Program-made: the position numbers and the translations under genes
Source: Miltoncostaeaceae bacterium
GTDB taxonomy: Bacteria > Actinomycetota > Thermoleophilia > Miltoncostaeales > Miltoncostaeaceae
Length of the DNA: 64,000 nt
Assembly (NCBI GenBank): GCA_963808825.1
Contig: CAWEGW010000011.1
Coordinates: 172,836 to 236,835, forward strand
Direction: 5' to 3'
The notes under the pieces: generated by a model
What the model saw: the letters and a program-made list of their open reading frames with translations, nothing else
Told to the model about the DNA's origin: nothing
Database searches by the model: none
Part shown: in pieces, positions 10,720 through 20,581 of the stretch
How positions within the stretch are numbered: position 1 is the stretch's first letter
Layout: each line of letters starts with the position of its first letter

Positions 10720-11019
10720 TGCGCGCCCACGTGCTGGTCTGCCGCGGGCCGGACTGCGCCTCCCGCGGGGCGCAGGACGTCTACACGGCGGTGGCCTGGG
10801 AGGTCGAGCGGCGCGGCCTCTCGGAGGAGGTCGTGCAGACCCAGTGCGGCTGCGTCGGGCCGCTCTGCGGCGAGCGGCCCGGTCGTCTGCTGCTACCCGA
10901 CCGGCGCCTGGTACGCGCCGGTGGCGCCGGCCGACGCGGTCGCGATCGTGGAGCGCGACCTGGCGGGCGGCGAGGTCGTGCACGACCTGGCTGCCGCGCG
11001 GGTGGAGGGGGCGGCGTGA
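10719..11019 (+). pseudogene. thioredoxin-like [2Fe-2S] ferredoxin, one frame switch (~10875)
   Basis: MRAHVLVCRGPDCASRGAQDVYTAV...TQCGCVGPLCGE, then PVVCCYPTGAWYAPVAPADAVAIVERDL in the next frame. The start overlaps the previous stop (TGATG). Confidence 0.65.
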
Positions 11020-11346
11020 ACCACACCGAGGCCTTCGACGAGGTGCTCGGCCGAGCAGCCCTCCGACTGGTCCTTCTTCGAGGTCTACGTCACCCTCGAC
11101 GACCCGCTGCGGCTCAACGAGGCCCGCGTCGCGCTGGCGCGCGCCAACGCCCGCCCGGTGCGGGTCGCCGGCCGACCACGACTTCGAGATCACCGTCGCG
11201 AACACGCACGGCCACGGCGCGCGCGCCGGGCGTCGTGTGGTCGGCGCTCACGCATCCTCGACGACCGCCGGATCGGCGGCCGCACCTGGGCCGGCGCGAC
11301 CCGCACCCTGGCGCGGCCCGCGCCGCCCCACCGTTACGGCCCCTAG
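11016..11346 (+). pseudogene. small hypothetical protein, frame switches present
   Basis: GTGA overlap with the ferredoxin stop. VNHTEAFDEVLG..PSDWSFFEVYVTLDDPLRLNEARVALARANA..HDFEITVANTHGHG, read across frames. No family recognised. Confidence 0.3.
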
Positions 11347-11361
11347 CCTCCCGGCGCGGCG

Positions 11362-11812
11362 GTGAGCATGTACCGGGACGAGGACGACCTGCAGCTCCTC
11401 GCCGAGCTCGCGGGCGTCCTCGACCAGACCGTCACCGACGCCGGGCTCTCCCAGGGCCCCTACCTGGTCCTCCGCGAGCTGGTCGCCCACCCGGGCCCGA
11501 ACCAGGTCACCGACCTGGCCGCGCGCCTCGGCGGCGGCCCGGACGAGGTCGCGACGCTCTGCGGGCGCCTGGTCGAGGCCGGGCCTGGCCGAGACGCGGC
11601 CCAACGGCGTGGAGGCCACCGAGGAGGGCGTCGCGACGGCCGCGGCCCTCGAGGAGCGCGCCAACGAGGCGATGCTCGCCTACGTGATCGAGCGCCCCCA
11701 CACCGCCACCGTCTACGGCCTCGTCGCCGCCATGCAGAGCGGCCGCTTCACCGTCGAGGACCTGCTGCGCTTCATCGCCGAGGGGCCGAGCGACGGCGAC
11801 GAGGAGGACTGA
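11362..11812 (+). pseudogene. MarR-like winged-helix transcription regulator, one frame switch (~11585)
   Basis: LSQGPYLVLRELVAHPGPNQVTDLAARLGGGPDEVATLCGRLVEAG, then ETRPNGVEATEEGVATAAALEERANEAM... in the frame of ORF 11609-11812. Confidence 0.6.
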
Positions 11813-12901
11813 GCCGCCGAGCTCGAGTAGCGCAGGGCGCTCTCGCCCAGCGCGGCCCAGACGTCGAGCTTGGTGCGGACCCGCTTGATGACCTCGTCGG
11901 TGAACTCGTCGGTGCCCGACGTGCCCGCCGAGGTCGGCGGTGCGGACGTCCTCGGCGACGGCCTCCAGCGCCCCCTCGTAGATCGCCCGCGAGACCACCG
12001 AGGCGTGCTCGTCCTGCATGTAGGGCAGCACCGAGGCCCCGGCGAGGATCATCGCGAGCGGGTTCGCGACGTTCTTGCCCTGGAGCGTCGGCGCCGTGCC
12101 GTGGGGCGCCTCGGCCATGACCGCCGAGGCGCGGAAGTCCTCGTCGAAGGCCAGCAGCTGCGACTCGGCGCCGGCGATCGAGCCGAAGAGCTGGAGCACC
12201 ATGTCCGAGAGGCAGTCGCCGTCGCGGTTCAGGGCGGGGACGACCAGCGCGTCGCCGGTGTGGCTGATGAGGGCCGCGTAGAGGGCGTCGATGAGCATGG
12301 GGCGGTAGCGCACGTCGGGGTGGCGGGCGGCGGCGGCGTCGAGCTCCTCCTTCAGGACGCCCTCGTAGACCGGCGAGACGGTCCACTTGGGGCCGCCGAA
12401 GACCGTGGCGTGCATGCGCCGGGCCTGCTGGAAGGCGAACTCGGCGACCGCCCGGCAGGTGCGGCGCGAGATGCGCTCCACGCGCCAGGCGACCTCGTCG
12501 TCGCCCTCGCCCTCGCGGTACTCGCGGGCGTTGTATGCGTCGTCGACCGCCATGCGGACGATGGAGATGGGCGCGTGGATGCCGCCGATGGGCCGCACGC
12601 CCGACAGGCGCCGGCCGCTGCGGATGATGACCTTGCCGCCGATCGCCTCGCGCAGGAGGGCGTTCGGGCTGCCGACGTCCTCGGCGCCCTCCGGCGTGAT
12701 CGTCGCCGCCTTGAGGCCGAAGCCGTGTCGCACCACCGCCTCTGCGGCGTCGAAGACGGCCTGGTTGCGGGTGCGGCGGCGGTTCTCGAGCGAGAGGTCG
12801 TGGCGCTCGAGCTCGAGCGGCAGCCCGGTCACGTCCGGGTCGAGGACGCGCAGGGCCTCCTCCAGCAGCTCCTGGCCGGTCTGGTCGCCCCCCATCACCA
12901 C
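11713..12901 (-). pseudogene. isocitrate/isopropylmalate dehydrogenase-family protein, frame switch ~11935, 3' end uncertain
   Basis: VVMGGDQTGQELLEEALRVL...GFGLKAATITPEG...PISIVRMAVDDAYN...VVPALNRDGDCLSDMVLQLFGSIAGAES...MAEAPHGTAPTLQGKNVANPLAMILA. After TADLGG the sequence continues as TDEFTDEVIKRVRTKLDVWAALGE in another frame. Confidence 0.7.
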
Positions 12902-12918
12902 GAGGGTCCGCGATTGGG

Positions 12919-13220
12919 TCAGGTCGGCGACGGCGCCGCCTCCTCCATCGCGTAGAGGCGCACGCGCGGGGCGCGGCCCTGACGCTCCTCGAGCAGGGAG
13001 ATCTCGGCGCGCGTCGCCGGCCTGCGCGGCGAAGCCCTCGGCGTCCTCGCGCCGCTCCCACTCGGCCAGGCAGCCGTACTCGCCGGCCTCGGCGTCCACG
13101 AAGAGCACGTGGCGGCGGCAGCCCGCGGCGGCCGACGGCGAGGCGGGCCGCGACGCCGCGCGCCTCGTCGAGCGTGCCCGGGCCGAGCCGGAAGGAGATC
13201 TCGGTGCCGTACAGGGTCAT
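12919..13220 (-). pseudogene. small ABM/stress-responsive-like protein, two frame switches
   Basis: MTLYGTEISFRLGPGTLDEARGVAA..CRRHVLFVDAEAGEYGCLAEWERREDAEGFAAQAGDA..EISLLEERQGRAPRVRLYAMEE, read across three frames. The family call is tentative. Confidence 0.35.
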
Positions 13221-13274
13221 CCGACAGGGCAGGGTAGCGCCGAGGCGACCGCCGCGAGCCGCTAGGATCGCCCC

Positions 13275-14270
13275 ATGCGCTACCGCACCCTCCCCCGCAC
13301 CGACGTGGCCGTCTCCGAGGTCGGCTTCGGCGTCTGGACGCTCGCCACCGGCTGGTGGGGCGACAAGGACGACCGCGAGGCCGTCGCCCTGCTGCGCGCG
13401 GCCCTCGAGCGCGGCATCACGCTCTTCGACACGGCCGACTCCTACGGCAACGGGCGCGGCGAGACGATCCTCGCCGAGGCCTTCGCCGGCCGCCGCGACG
13501 AGGTCGTCTACTCCACCAAGGTCGGCTACGACTGGTACTCGCACACCGGCCCGCGCGGCCAGCGCGAGCTGCCCCACGACTGGTCGCCGGCCTTCGTGCG
13601 CCGCTCCTGCGAGCGCAGCCTGGAGCGCCTCGGCACCGACCGGATCGACGTCTACCAGCTCCACAACCCGCGGATGGACGCGATCCGCTCCGACGAGCTG
13701 TTCGCGACCCTCGAGGACCTCGTGCGCCGAGGGGAAGGTCCGCACCTACGGCGTCTCGCTGGGTCCGAAGATCGGCTGGCGCGACGAGGGCCTCGCGGCG
13801 CTGTCGCTCGCGGCCGATCACCTCGCTGCACGATGATCCACAACGTGCTGGAGCAGGAGCCCGGCCGCGACCTCATCGACGGCGCCCGGGAGGCCGGCAC
13901 CGGGCTCTTCGTCCGCGTGCCCCACTCCTCGGGGATGCTGGAGGGCAAGTACACGACCGAGACGACCTTCCCGCCGAACGACCACCGCAGCCACCGCCCG
14001 CGCTCGTGGCTGCTCGAGGGGCTTCAGAAGATCGAGCGGCTCGGCTTCCTGTACGACGACCGCCCCCACACCCTCGGGCAGGCGGCCCTCAAGTGGCTGC
14101 TCGCGGAGCCCCTCGTGATGACGACGCTGCCCAACATCTACTCGGCCGAGCAGCTCGAGGAGTTCGCCGCCGGCCCCGACCTGCCGGACCTCGGTGAGGA
14201 GGACCTCGCCCGGGTCGCGGAGCTCTACGACGAGAACTTCGGCGTCGTCCCGGAGGCCGCCACGGCCTAG
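13275..14270 (+). pseudogene. aldo/keto reductase, two compensating frame switches (~13730, ~13825)
   Basis: MRYRTLPRTDVAVSEVGFGVWTL...ITLFDTADSYGNGRGE...RIDVYQLHNP. The middle piece GKVRTYGVSLGPKIGWRDEGLAAL lies in the frame of ORF 13174-13836, then IHNVLEQEPG...LFVRVPHSSGMLEGKY. Confidence 0.85.
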
Positions 14271-14953
14271 GCCAGGCGGGTGAGGTGGGCGCGGACCATC
14301 TGGTCGGCCCCGTGATCGCCCTCGGGGAGCGCCGCGGCCAGCCGCTCGGCCAGCCGCTCGGTGGCGCCCGCCGGCCCGGCGCTGCGCTCGACGTCCCCGA
14401 GGGCCTCGACGAGCCCGGCGTCGAGGCGGTCCTGCACCTCGACCAGGGGCTCGGAGGCGCGCAGGAAGCGCCGGTAGGCGCCCACGAGCCGCTCCTGCAG
14501 GGCGACGGCCCGGTCGAGCTCCGGCACCGAGGCGAGCGCCCGGAGGGGGTCGTCGCGCCAGCGCGCGAGCTCCAGCGCCCGCGCGGCCACGACCTCCAGG
14601 CTCCCGGCCACCTCGGGCGGGTCGCCGCCGCGCGCCAGCAGGCGGCCGATGGCGCCCGCCAGGTCGCGCAGGGAGGCGGCGTCGATCAGCGCCTCCAGCT
14701 GCTCCCACAGCAGGCTCGCCGCCGCGGCCTCGCGCACCCGGCGCGGGTCGCGCTCGGGCGCCAGGCGCGCGTCCAGGCAGAGGAAGGCGGGCCCCTCGAA
14801 CGCGCAGAGGTAGCTCCGGCCGCCGTGGGCCGGCTCCACGGCGCGCACCCCGAGCGGCGCGCGCCCGGCGGCGGCCGCCGCCGCGTCCCGGGCCGCGCTC
14901 AGGTCGTCCACGAGGGCGCGCAGGGCGGCCTCCTCGGGAGATCCCCCGCTCAC
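14267..14953 (-). CDS. hypothetical protein (228 aa), no family recognised
   Basis: Intact ORF with 4-nt overlaps at both ends (the AKR stop and the WS/DGAT stop region). Composition is protein-like: SYLCAFEGPAFLCLDARLAPERDP... Confidence 0.5.
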   Translation of the reverse strand: MSGGSPEEAALRALVDDLSAARDAAAAAAGRAPLGVRAVEPAHGGRSYLCAFEGPAFLCLDARLAPERDPRRVREAAAASLLWEQLEALIDAASLRDLAGAIGRLLARGGDPPEVAGSLEVVAARALELARWRDDPLRALASVPELDRAVALQERLVGAYRRFLRASEPLVEVQDRLDAGLVEALGDVERSAGPAGATERLAERLAAALPEGDHGADQMVRAHLTRLA

Positions 14954-16196
14954 GCGGCCGCGATGAGCGCGCGCGCCTCGGCCTCGGCGCCGTCGGCCAT
15001 GACCTGGACGTCCTCCACCAGGTCCGGGTCGGCGCAGAGGCCGAGGAAGAGCGTCCCCGCCAGCGACACGGCCCCGACCCGCAGCGCGTGGCGCCGCCCG
15101 ATCTCGGCGAGCGAGTAGAGCCGCGTCACGGGCGCCCCCGGACCGTCACCGCCGACCTGGGCCCCACCACGTTCGACACCGCCACGGCGAACGCGCGCGG
15201 GCTCGCCTCCAGGCGCGCGGCGAAGGCCTCCAGGCCGGGCGACACCCGCGCCAGGTCGCGCGTCACGTGCTCCATCGTCTCGGCGTCCCCGGCGGCCTTG
15301 CGGGTCGCCGTGGCCGCGCTGACCGCCCGCAGCCGCACGACCGCGTCCGGCTCGCCGAGGGGCACGCCCAGCGAGAAGAACGAGTCGCGGTTGCCGGCGT
15401 CGTCGCCCTCGTGGTGCAGGCTCACCGGCACGCGGAGCCGCAGGGTGCCGAGCCGCCCGTGACGGGCCTCCAGCCAGCGGCGGATGCCGCCGGCGACCGC
15501 GCAGAGGACCGCGTCGTTGACCGTCGCCCCGCAGGCCGTGCGCGCGGCGTCGTGCAGCGGCTTCAGGGGCATGGCCGCGAAGGCCACCTCGCGCCGGCCG
15601 CCGATCCGGCCGTCGAAGGGCGAGCGGTGGCCGGGCGCGCCGAACTCGCGGTGCAGGAACCCTCGCAGCCGGCGACGGCGGCCGTCGTCGGCCGCGGCCG
15701 CCGAGACGCGTGCGCCCGCCTCGCCGGGGCGGGGATCCCACAGGACCGCCTCGGCCAGGCGCATCGCCGTCGTGCCGTCGGCGAGCGCGTGGTGGGTGCG
15801 CCAGACCAGCGCCCGCCCCCCGTCGGCGAGCGGCGCGACGTCGATGCGCCACAGGGGCCGCGACCGGTCGAGGCGCTCGGCGAAGAGGCGGGCGACCTCG
15901 CGGCGGAGCCCCGCGGGGTCGAGGGGCGCCGCGACGGGGCTGGCCACGACGTGCTCGGCGACGTCGAATTCCTCGTCGGCGGCCCAGGCGGGCGCGCCGT
16001 CCGCGTCGACCAGGCGCCGGGTCAGCTCCGGGGCGGCGGCGATCCGCTCGGCGATGTCCCGGCGCAGCTCCTCCAGCCCCGGGGCCGGGCCGTCCAGGAG
16101 CACGACCTTGCAGGCGTGGCCGGCGACCGTGTCGCACTCCAGCTCGAGGATCGCCCGGTCCTCGGGACTGAGGGGGATCGGGGCGGCCGTGGTCAC
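14950..16196 (-). pseudogene. wax ester synthase/diacylglycerol acyltransferase (WS/DGAT), one frame switch (~15130)
   Basis: GTG at 16196. LVWRTHHALADGTTAMRL (HHxxxDG), NDAVLCAVAGGIRRWL, NRDSFFSLGVPL. C-terminus SLAGTLFLGLCADPDLVEDVQVMADG in the frame of ORF 14950-16137. Confidence 0.8.
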
Positions 16197-16235
16197 GAGC
16201 GGAGGATAGAGACGTCGCGGCGTAGAATCCGCCCG

Positions 16236-16853
16236 GTGACCGGCGGAGCCGACTGCCTCCCCCACCCGCCGGCCGAGGTGCCTCCCGCCGCCGGCCTGGC
16301 GGCGGCGCTGGCGGCGACCCTCCGCGACCGGCGGCCCGCCGAGCTCCCGGGCCCGGGCCGGCGCGCGGCGGTGCTGCTCGTGCTGTTCGACCGCGACGGC
16401 GAGGCCCACCTCCTGCTGACCAAGCGCAGCGACAGCGTGCCCTCGCACCCGGGGCAGATCTCGCTGCCGGGCGGCGTCGTGGAGCCGGAGGACGCCTCCC
16501 CGGCCGACGCGGCGCTGCGCGAGACCGAGGAGGAGGTCGGCATCCCGGCCGCGGCGCTCCGCCTGATCGGCGAGCTCGACGACGTGAGCACGATGGTCTC
16601 GGGCTTCATCGTGCGGCCCTTCGTGGCCGTCGCGGAGGGACCCGTGTCGCCCGTGCCGAGCGACGCCGAGGTGGCCCGCATCGTCGAGGTGCCGGTGGCC
16701 GACCTGCTGCGCGCCGACGCCGCCCTCCCGGCCGAGCCGGCCCCGCTCGCGCTGCGCTATCCGCTCGGCGGCGAGGACGTCTGGGGCGCCACCGCCCGGA
16801 TCCTGCGGATCTTCAGCCGGGTGGCGCGCCGGTCGCTGGCACCAGGCCGCTGA
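16236..16853 (+). CDS. NUDIX hydrolase (CoA-pyrophosphatase-like)
   Basis: GTG at 16236 inside ORF 15267-16853. GQISLPGGVVEPEDASPADAALRETEEEVGI is the Nudix box. Confidence 0.8.
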   Translation: MTGGADCLPHPPAEVPPAAGLAAALAATLRDRRPAELPGPGRRAAVLLVLFDRDGEAHLLLTKRSDSVPSHPGQISLPGGVVEPEDASPADAALRETEEEVGIPAAALRLIGELDDVSTMVSGFIVRPFVAVAEGPVSPVPSDAEVARIVEVPVADLLRADAALPAEPAPLALRYPLGGEDVWGATARILRIFSRVARRSLAPGR

Positions 16854-17097
16854 GCGACGGCCGCGGCGGCAGGTCGGGTCGTCCACCCCGGCCGTCTCGC
16901 CGTCGTAGCCGAGGCGGTCCAGGTACTCGAGGTGCGCCGCGCAGCTCGGGCTGGCGCGGGTGGTCGGGCGGCAGGCTGGCCGCCAGCTGCGCGATCCGCT
17001 CGGCGGCCTGGAAGGCGAAGTGCGGGGTCGCCGCGCCGACGAGCTGTGCCAGCTCGTCCTCGGTGGGCAGGTCGTGGACGTGCTCGTAAACCGACAC
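16813..17097 (-). pseudogene. small conserved-looking hypothetical protein, probable frame switch (~16950)
   Basis: MSVYEHVHDLPTEDELAQLVGAATPHFAFQAAERIAQLAASLPPDHPR, then AAHLEYLDRLGYDGETAGVDDP in another frame. 3' end uncertain. Confidence 0.35.
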
Positions 17098-17145
17098 CGC
17101 CCGCGGAGGGTACCAGCCGCCCCCCGGATGGGGTTAGGGTGGCCC

Positions 17146-18202
17146 ATGGCCGGCCTTCGGCGGGTGCTGCTGGGCCTGTGGCTGGAGATCCGGGTGATCC
17201 CGGTGCTCCTCTGGTCGTTCACCGCGATCACCCTCGGGACGGCGCTCGCCTGGCGCGACGGGGACGGGATCTCCGTGGGCGGCTACCTCGACGGCGGTGG
17301 CGATCGGGGTGCTGCTGCAGGGCCTGGTCGCCCACTGCGTGAACGAGATCGCCGACTGGCGGTCGGGCACCGACCGCGACCCGTCGCCCCGCGTGATCAG
17401 CGGCGGCAGCAAGGTGATCGCCTCGGGGCTGCTCGGGCCGCGCGAGCTGCGCCTCATCGGCATCGCGGCGGCGGTCGCCGCGACGGTCCTCGGCTTCCTC
17501 GCCGCGGCCCAGTGGGGCTGGATCCTGCTCGCCTACGGGGCGGCCGGGCTGGCCGGGGCGGTGCTCTACACGCTGCCGCCGGTGCGGGCCGCCTACCGCC
17601 CCTTCACCGGCGAGGCCGTGGCCTTCGTCTGCATCTGGGGCTGTACGACCGGCGCCTACGTGCTCCAGCGGGGCGAGCTGTCGGGCGGCGCGGCGCTGGC
17701 CGGCATCGCCTACGCGGCCTCGTGCGTCGCGATGCTGATGATGCACCACTACCTCGACCGGCTCCCCGACAGCCGGGCCCTTCCGCCCAAGACGACCACG
17801 ATCGTGCTCCTCGGGCGGGCGGGGCGCCGCTACGCGGTGCTCTGGGCGGCGATCGCGCTCGTCGGCGCATGCCTGCTGACGGCGCTCGTGGACGACCGCT
17901 TCGCGATCGCCGCGGCCGCCTTCGCCGCCGCGCTGGTGGTCCACGCGACCGTCGACCCCTCGGACCCGGCCTCGGTCACCCGCGCCGAGCTTGCGGTGAT
18001 CATCCTGGGGATGCTCGGCGGGCTCGGCACGGCGGCCGCCCTCGCGCCCCCGCTGCTGTGGGCCCTCGGGGCCGCGGCGGTCCTCGTGCCGATCGAGCTC
18101 GTGCTCTCGGGCCTGGCCCACCGCGACCTGATGGCCGCCCGCTTGGAGCGGTCTTCCCGCTCCCCTGGCGGGGGTCCCGCGGACACCCCTGGGCTATCAT
18201 GA
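17146..18202 (+). pseudogene. UbiA-family prenyltransferase, one frame switch (~17290)
   Basis: ATG at 17146 (MAGLRRVLLGLWLEIRVIPVLLWSF), then ORF 17297-18202 with LVAHCVNEIADWRSGTDRD (NxxxDxxxD) and about eight hydrophobic helices. Confidence 0.75.
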
Positions 18203-18236
18203 GCGCGCCCGGACGGGCCGAGCTGGTGGAGCGATC

Positions 18237-20372
18237 ATGGCGATGAGAGACGACGACAAGCTGGTCCGGCAGCTCTCGCTGGTCGCCTTCCTGATGGCCC
18301 AGCAGCGGCCGGTGACCGCCGACGAGATCCACGAGGCCGTGGAGGGCTACGGCGGCATGAGCGAGCAGGCCTTCCTGCGCCGCTTCTACGCCGACCGCGC
18401 CGAGATCGAGAGCATGGGCCTGCGCCTGGCCGTCGAGCGCCCGGGCGACGACCCCTTCCAGGGTGACCTGTACGCCCTGCCGCCGGAGAACTACTACCTG
18501 CCGGAGCTCGACTTCGACCCGGCCGAGCTCTCGGCGCTGCAGACCTGCCTCTACCTGCTGGAGGGGCAGTTCGCCTACGCCGAGCCGCTGCGGCTCGCGC
18601 TGCAGCACCTCACGCTCGGGCGCCCGAGCCCGCTCGACGACCACGCCGCGCGCACGGTCTCGCTGAACCTGCTCGGCGGCGACTACTCGCCGGAGGTCGC
18701 GGCCCACCTGACCAAGATCGAGTCGGCGATCAGCCGCCGCAAGACGATCCGCTTCACCTACTACTCGATCGGCCGCGACGAGCGCTCCGAGCGCGAGGTG
18801 GACCCCTACAGCCTGCTCTACTCGGCCGGGAACTGGTACGTCGTGGGCTGGTCGCACGAGCGCGAGGACACGCGGATGTTCCGCCTGTCGCGCATCGAGG
18901 GGCGCATCACCTTCAAGACGCGCGCCGAGCACGACTTCCCGGCACCCCAGGACTTCGACCTCTCGCGCTACCGCGACCGCGCGCCGTGGCAGCTGGACGA
19001 CGCCGATCAGACGGCCACCATCGCCCTCACCCCCACGATCGCGTGGTGGGTCGAGCAGATGTTCGGCGCCTACGGCGAGACCGCCATCGGCGCCGACGGG
19101 GCGGGCGTCTACACGACGCCGTACGCCAACCGCGGCGAGCTGGCCGCCTGGATCCTCGGCCTCGGCGCCGAGGCCCAGGTGCTCGACCCGCCCGACCTCC
19201 GCGACGCGGTGGTCGCGGCCCTCGAGCTGGTCGCCGACCGGCACCAGGCCGACGGCGGCCGGGTGACGCCGCCCGCCGAGCCGGTGGCGTCGCCGCCCCC
19301 GGCCGAGACCGTCTCCGCGTCGGCCGGCGGCGCCGGCTCCCAGGCGCCCGAGCGCGTCGTCCCCGCGGAGCGCTTCGCCCGCCTGCTGGCGCTGATGACG
19401 CGGCTCCTGTCGGCCTGCGGCGAGTCCGCCGAGGCCCAGATCCCGGTGGCCGAGCTGCGCCAGGCCCTCAACCTCGACAAGAAGGTGCTCGAGGACGACA
19501 TCGGGCTCCTCAACCTCATCAACTTCGGCGGCGGCTGCTACGCCCTGTACGCGCAGATCGAGGGCGACACGGTCGTGGTGCAGAAGGAGACCTACGGCGA
19601 CCGCTTCAGCCGCCCGGCCCGCCTCTCGCCGCTCGAGGCGAAGGCCCTGCTGTGGGCGCTGGAGTTCATCGGCGACCGCCTGCCGACCGAGGACGGCGGG
19701 TCGCTCGGCTCGGTGCGGGCCAAGCTCGAGGCCGCCATCGGCGAGGACGACCTGCCGACCGTCGAGCTCGGCCGCGCACAGGTCGCCGACGCCGGCGTCG
19801 CGGCGGCCGTCAGCCACGCGATCCGCGAGGACCGGGTCCTGGAGATCGACTACTGGACCGAGTCGCGCGGCGCCATCACGCGGCGCGCCATCGAGCCCCA
19901 CCTGCTCGTGAACGCCCAGGACGCCTGGTACGTCGTGGCCTTCTGCCGCCGGGCGGGCGGCCAGCGCACCTTCCGCCTCGACCGCATCCGCAGCGCGAGC
20001 CTCATGGACGAGGTCTTCGAGCGGCGCCCGGAGATCACCAACACCGGCCCCTACATGCCCTGGGGCTCCCGCCCCCAGCAGGGCGGCACGGTCGCCCAGA
20101 GCGCCTCGGTCTGGTGCACCCCCGCCCTGGCGCGCTGGATGCTCGAGAAGCACGGCTCGCGCGAGCGCTTCGCCGACGGCTCCGTGCTGGTCGAGATCCC
20201 CTACGCCAGCGAGGACTGGCTGGTGAAGGAGCTCCTCAAGTACCAGGGCGAGGCCGTGCTGTTCGAGCCCGTCTCGCTGCGGCGCACCGTGGCCGAGCTG
20301 GCGGCCCAGGTCCTGGACCGCTACGGCGCCGACCGCCCCAGCGGCGGCCGGCGGCGCGCCCCCACCCGCTAG
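18237..20372 (+). CDS. pafBC: fused PafB-PafC-type regulator: two tandem wHTH-WYL-WCX modules in one 711-aa protein
   Basis: Module 1: LVRQLSLVAFLMAQQRPVTADEI...RKTIRFTYYSIGRDERSEREVDPYSLLYSAGNWYVVGWSHEREDTRMFRLSRI. Module 2: RFARLLALMTRLL...DRVLEIDYWTESRGAITRRAIEPHLLVNAQDAWYVVAFCRRAGGQRTFRLDRI. Confidence 0.85.
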   Translation: MAMRDDDKLVRQLSLVAFLMAQQRPVTADEIHEAVEGYGGMSEQAFLRRFYADRAEIESMGLRLAVERPGDDPFQGDLYALPPENYYLPELDFDPAELSALQTCLYLLEGQFAYAEPLRLALQHLTLGRPSPLDDHAARTVSLNLLGGDYSPEVAAHLTKIESAISRRKTIRFTYYSIGRDERSEREVDPYSLLYSAGNWYVVGWSHEREDTRMFRLSRIEGRITFKTRAEHDFPAPQDFDLSRYRDRAPWQLDDADQTATIALTPTIAWWVEQMFGAYGETAIGADGAGVYTTPYANRGELAAWILGLGAEAQVLDPPDLRDAVVAALELVADRHQADGGRVTPPAEPVASPPPAETVSASAGGAGSQAPERVVPAERFARLLALMTRLLSACGESAEAQIPVAELRQALNLDKKVLEDDIGLLNLINFGGGCYALYAQIEGDTVVVQKETYGDRFSRPARLSPLEAKALLWALEFIGDRLPTEDGGSLGSVRAKLEAAIGEDDLPTVELGRAQVADAGVAAAVSHAIREDRVLEIDYWTESRGAITRRAIEPHLLVNAQDAWYVVAFCRRAGGQRTFRLDRIRSASLMDEVFERRPEITNTGPYMPWGSRPQQGGTVAQSASVWCTPALARWMLEKHGSRERFADGSVLVEIPYASEDWLVKELLKYQGEAVLFEPVSLRRTVAELAAQVLDRYGADRPSGGRRRAPTR

Positions 20373-20581
20373 GCCCGTCCGCCCCTAGGTCGCGCAGGCG
20401 CGGGCCGGGCGGAGCATCTCGGCTCGCTCGGAGCGCTGCGCCAGCCACCCCGGCTCGCCGAGGGCGCCCCAGCTCAAGGTCCGGGGCGCGGTAGACCTCG
20501 GCCATCCCGCCGGCGCCGATCAGCGCGGGGTCGGCGGACCGGCCGTGCACCGGCGGGGTCACGCCAGTCATCCACGGCAAG

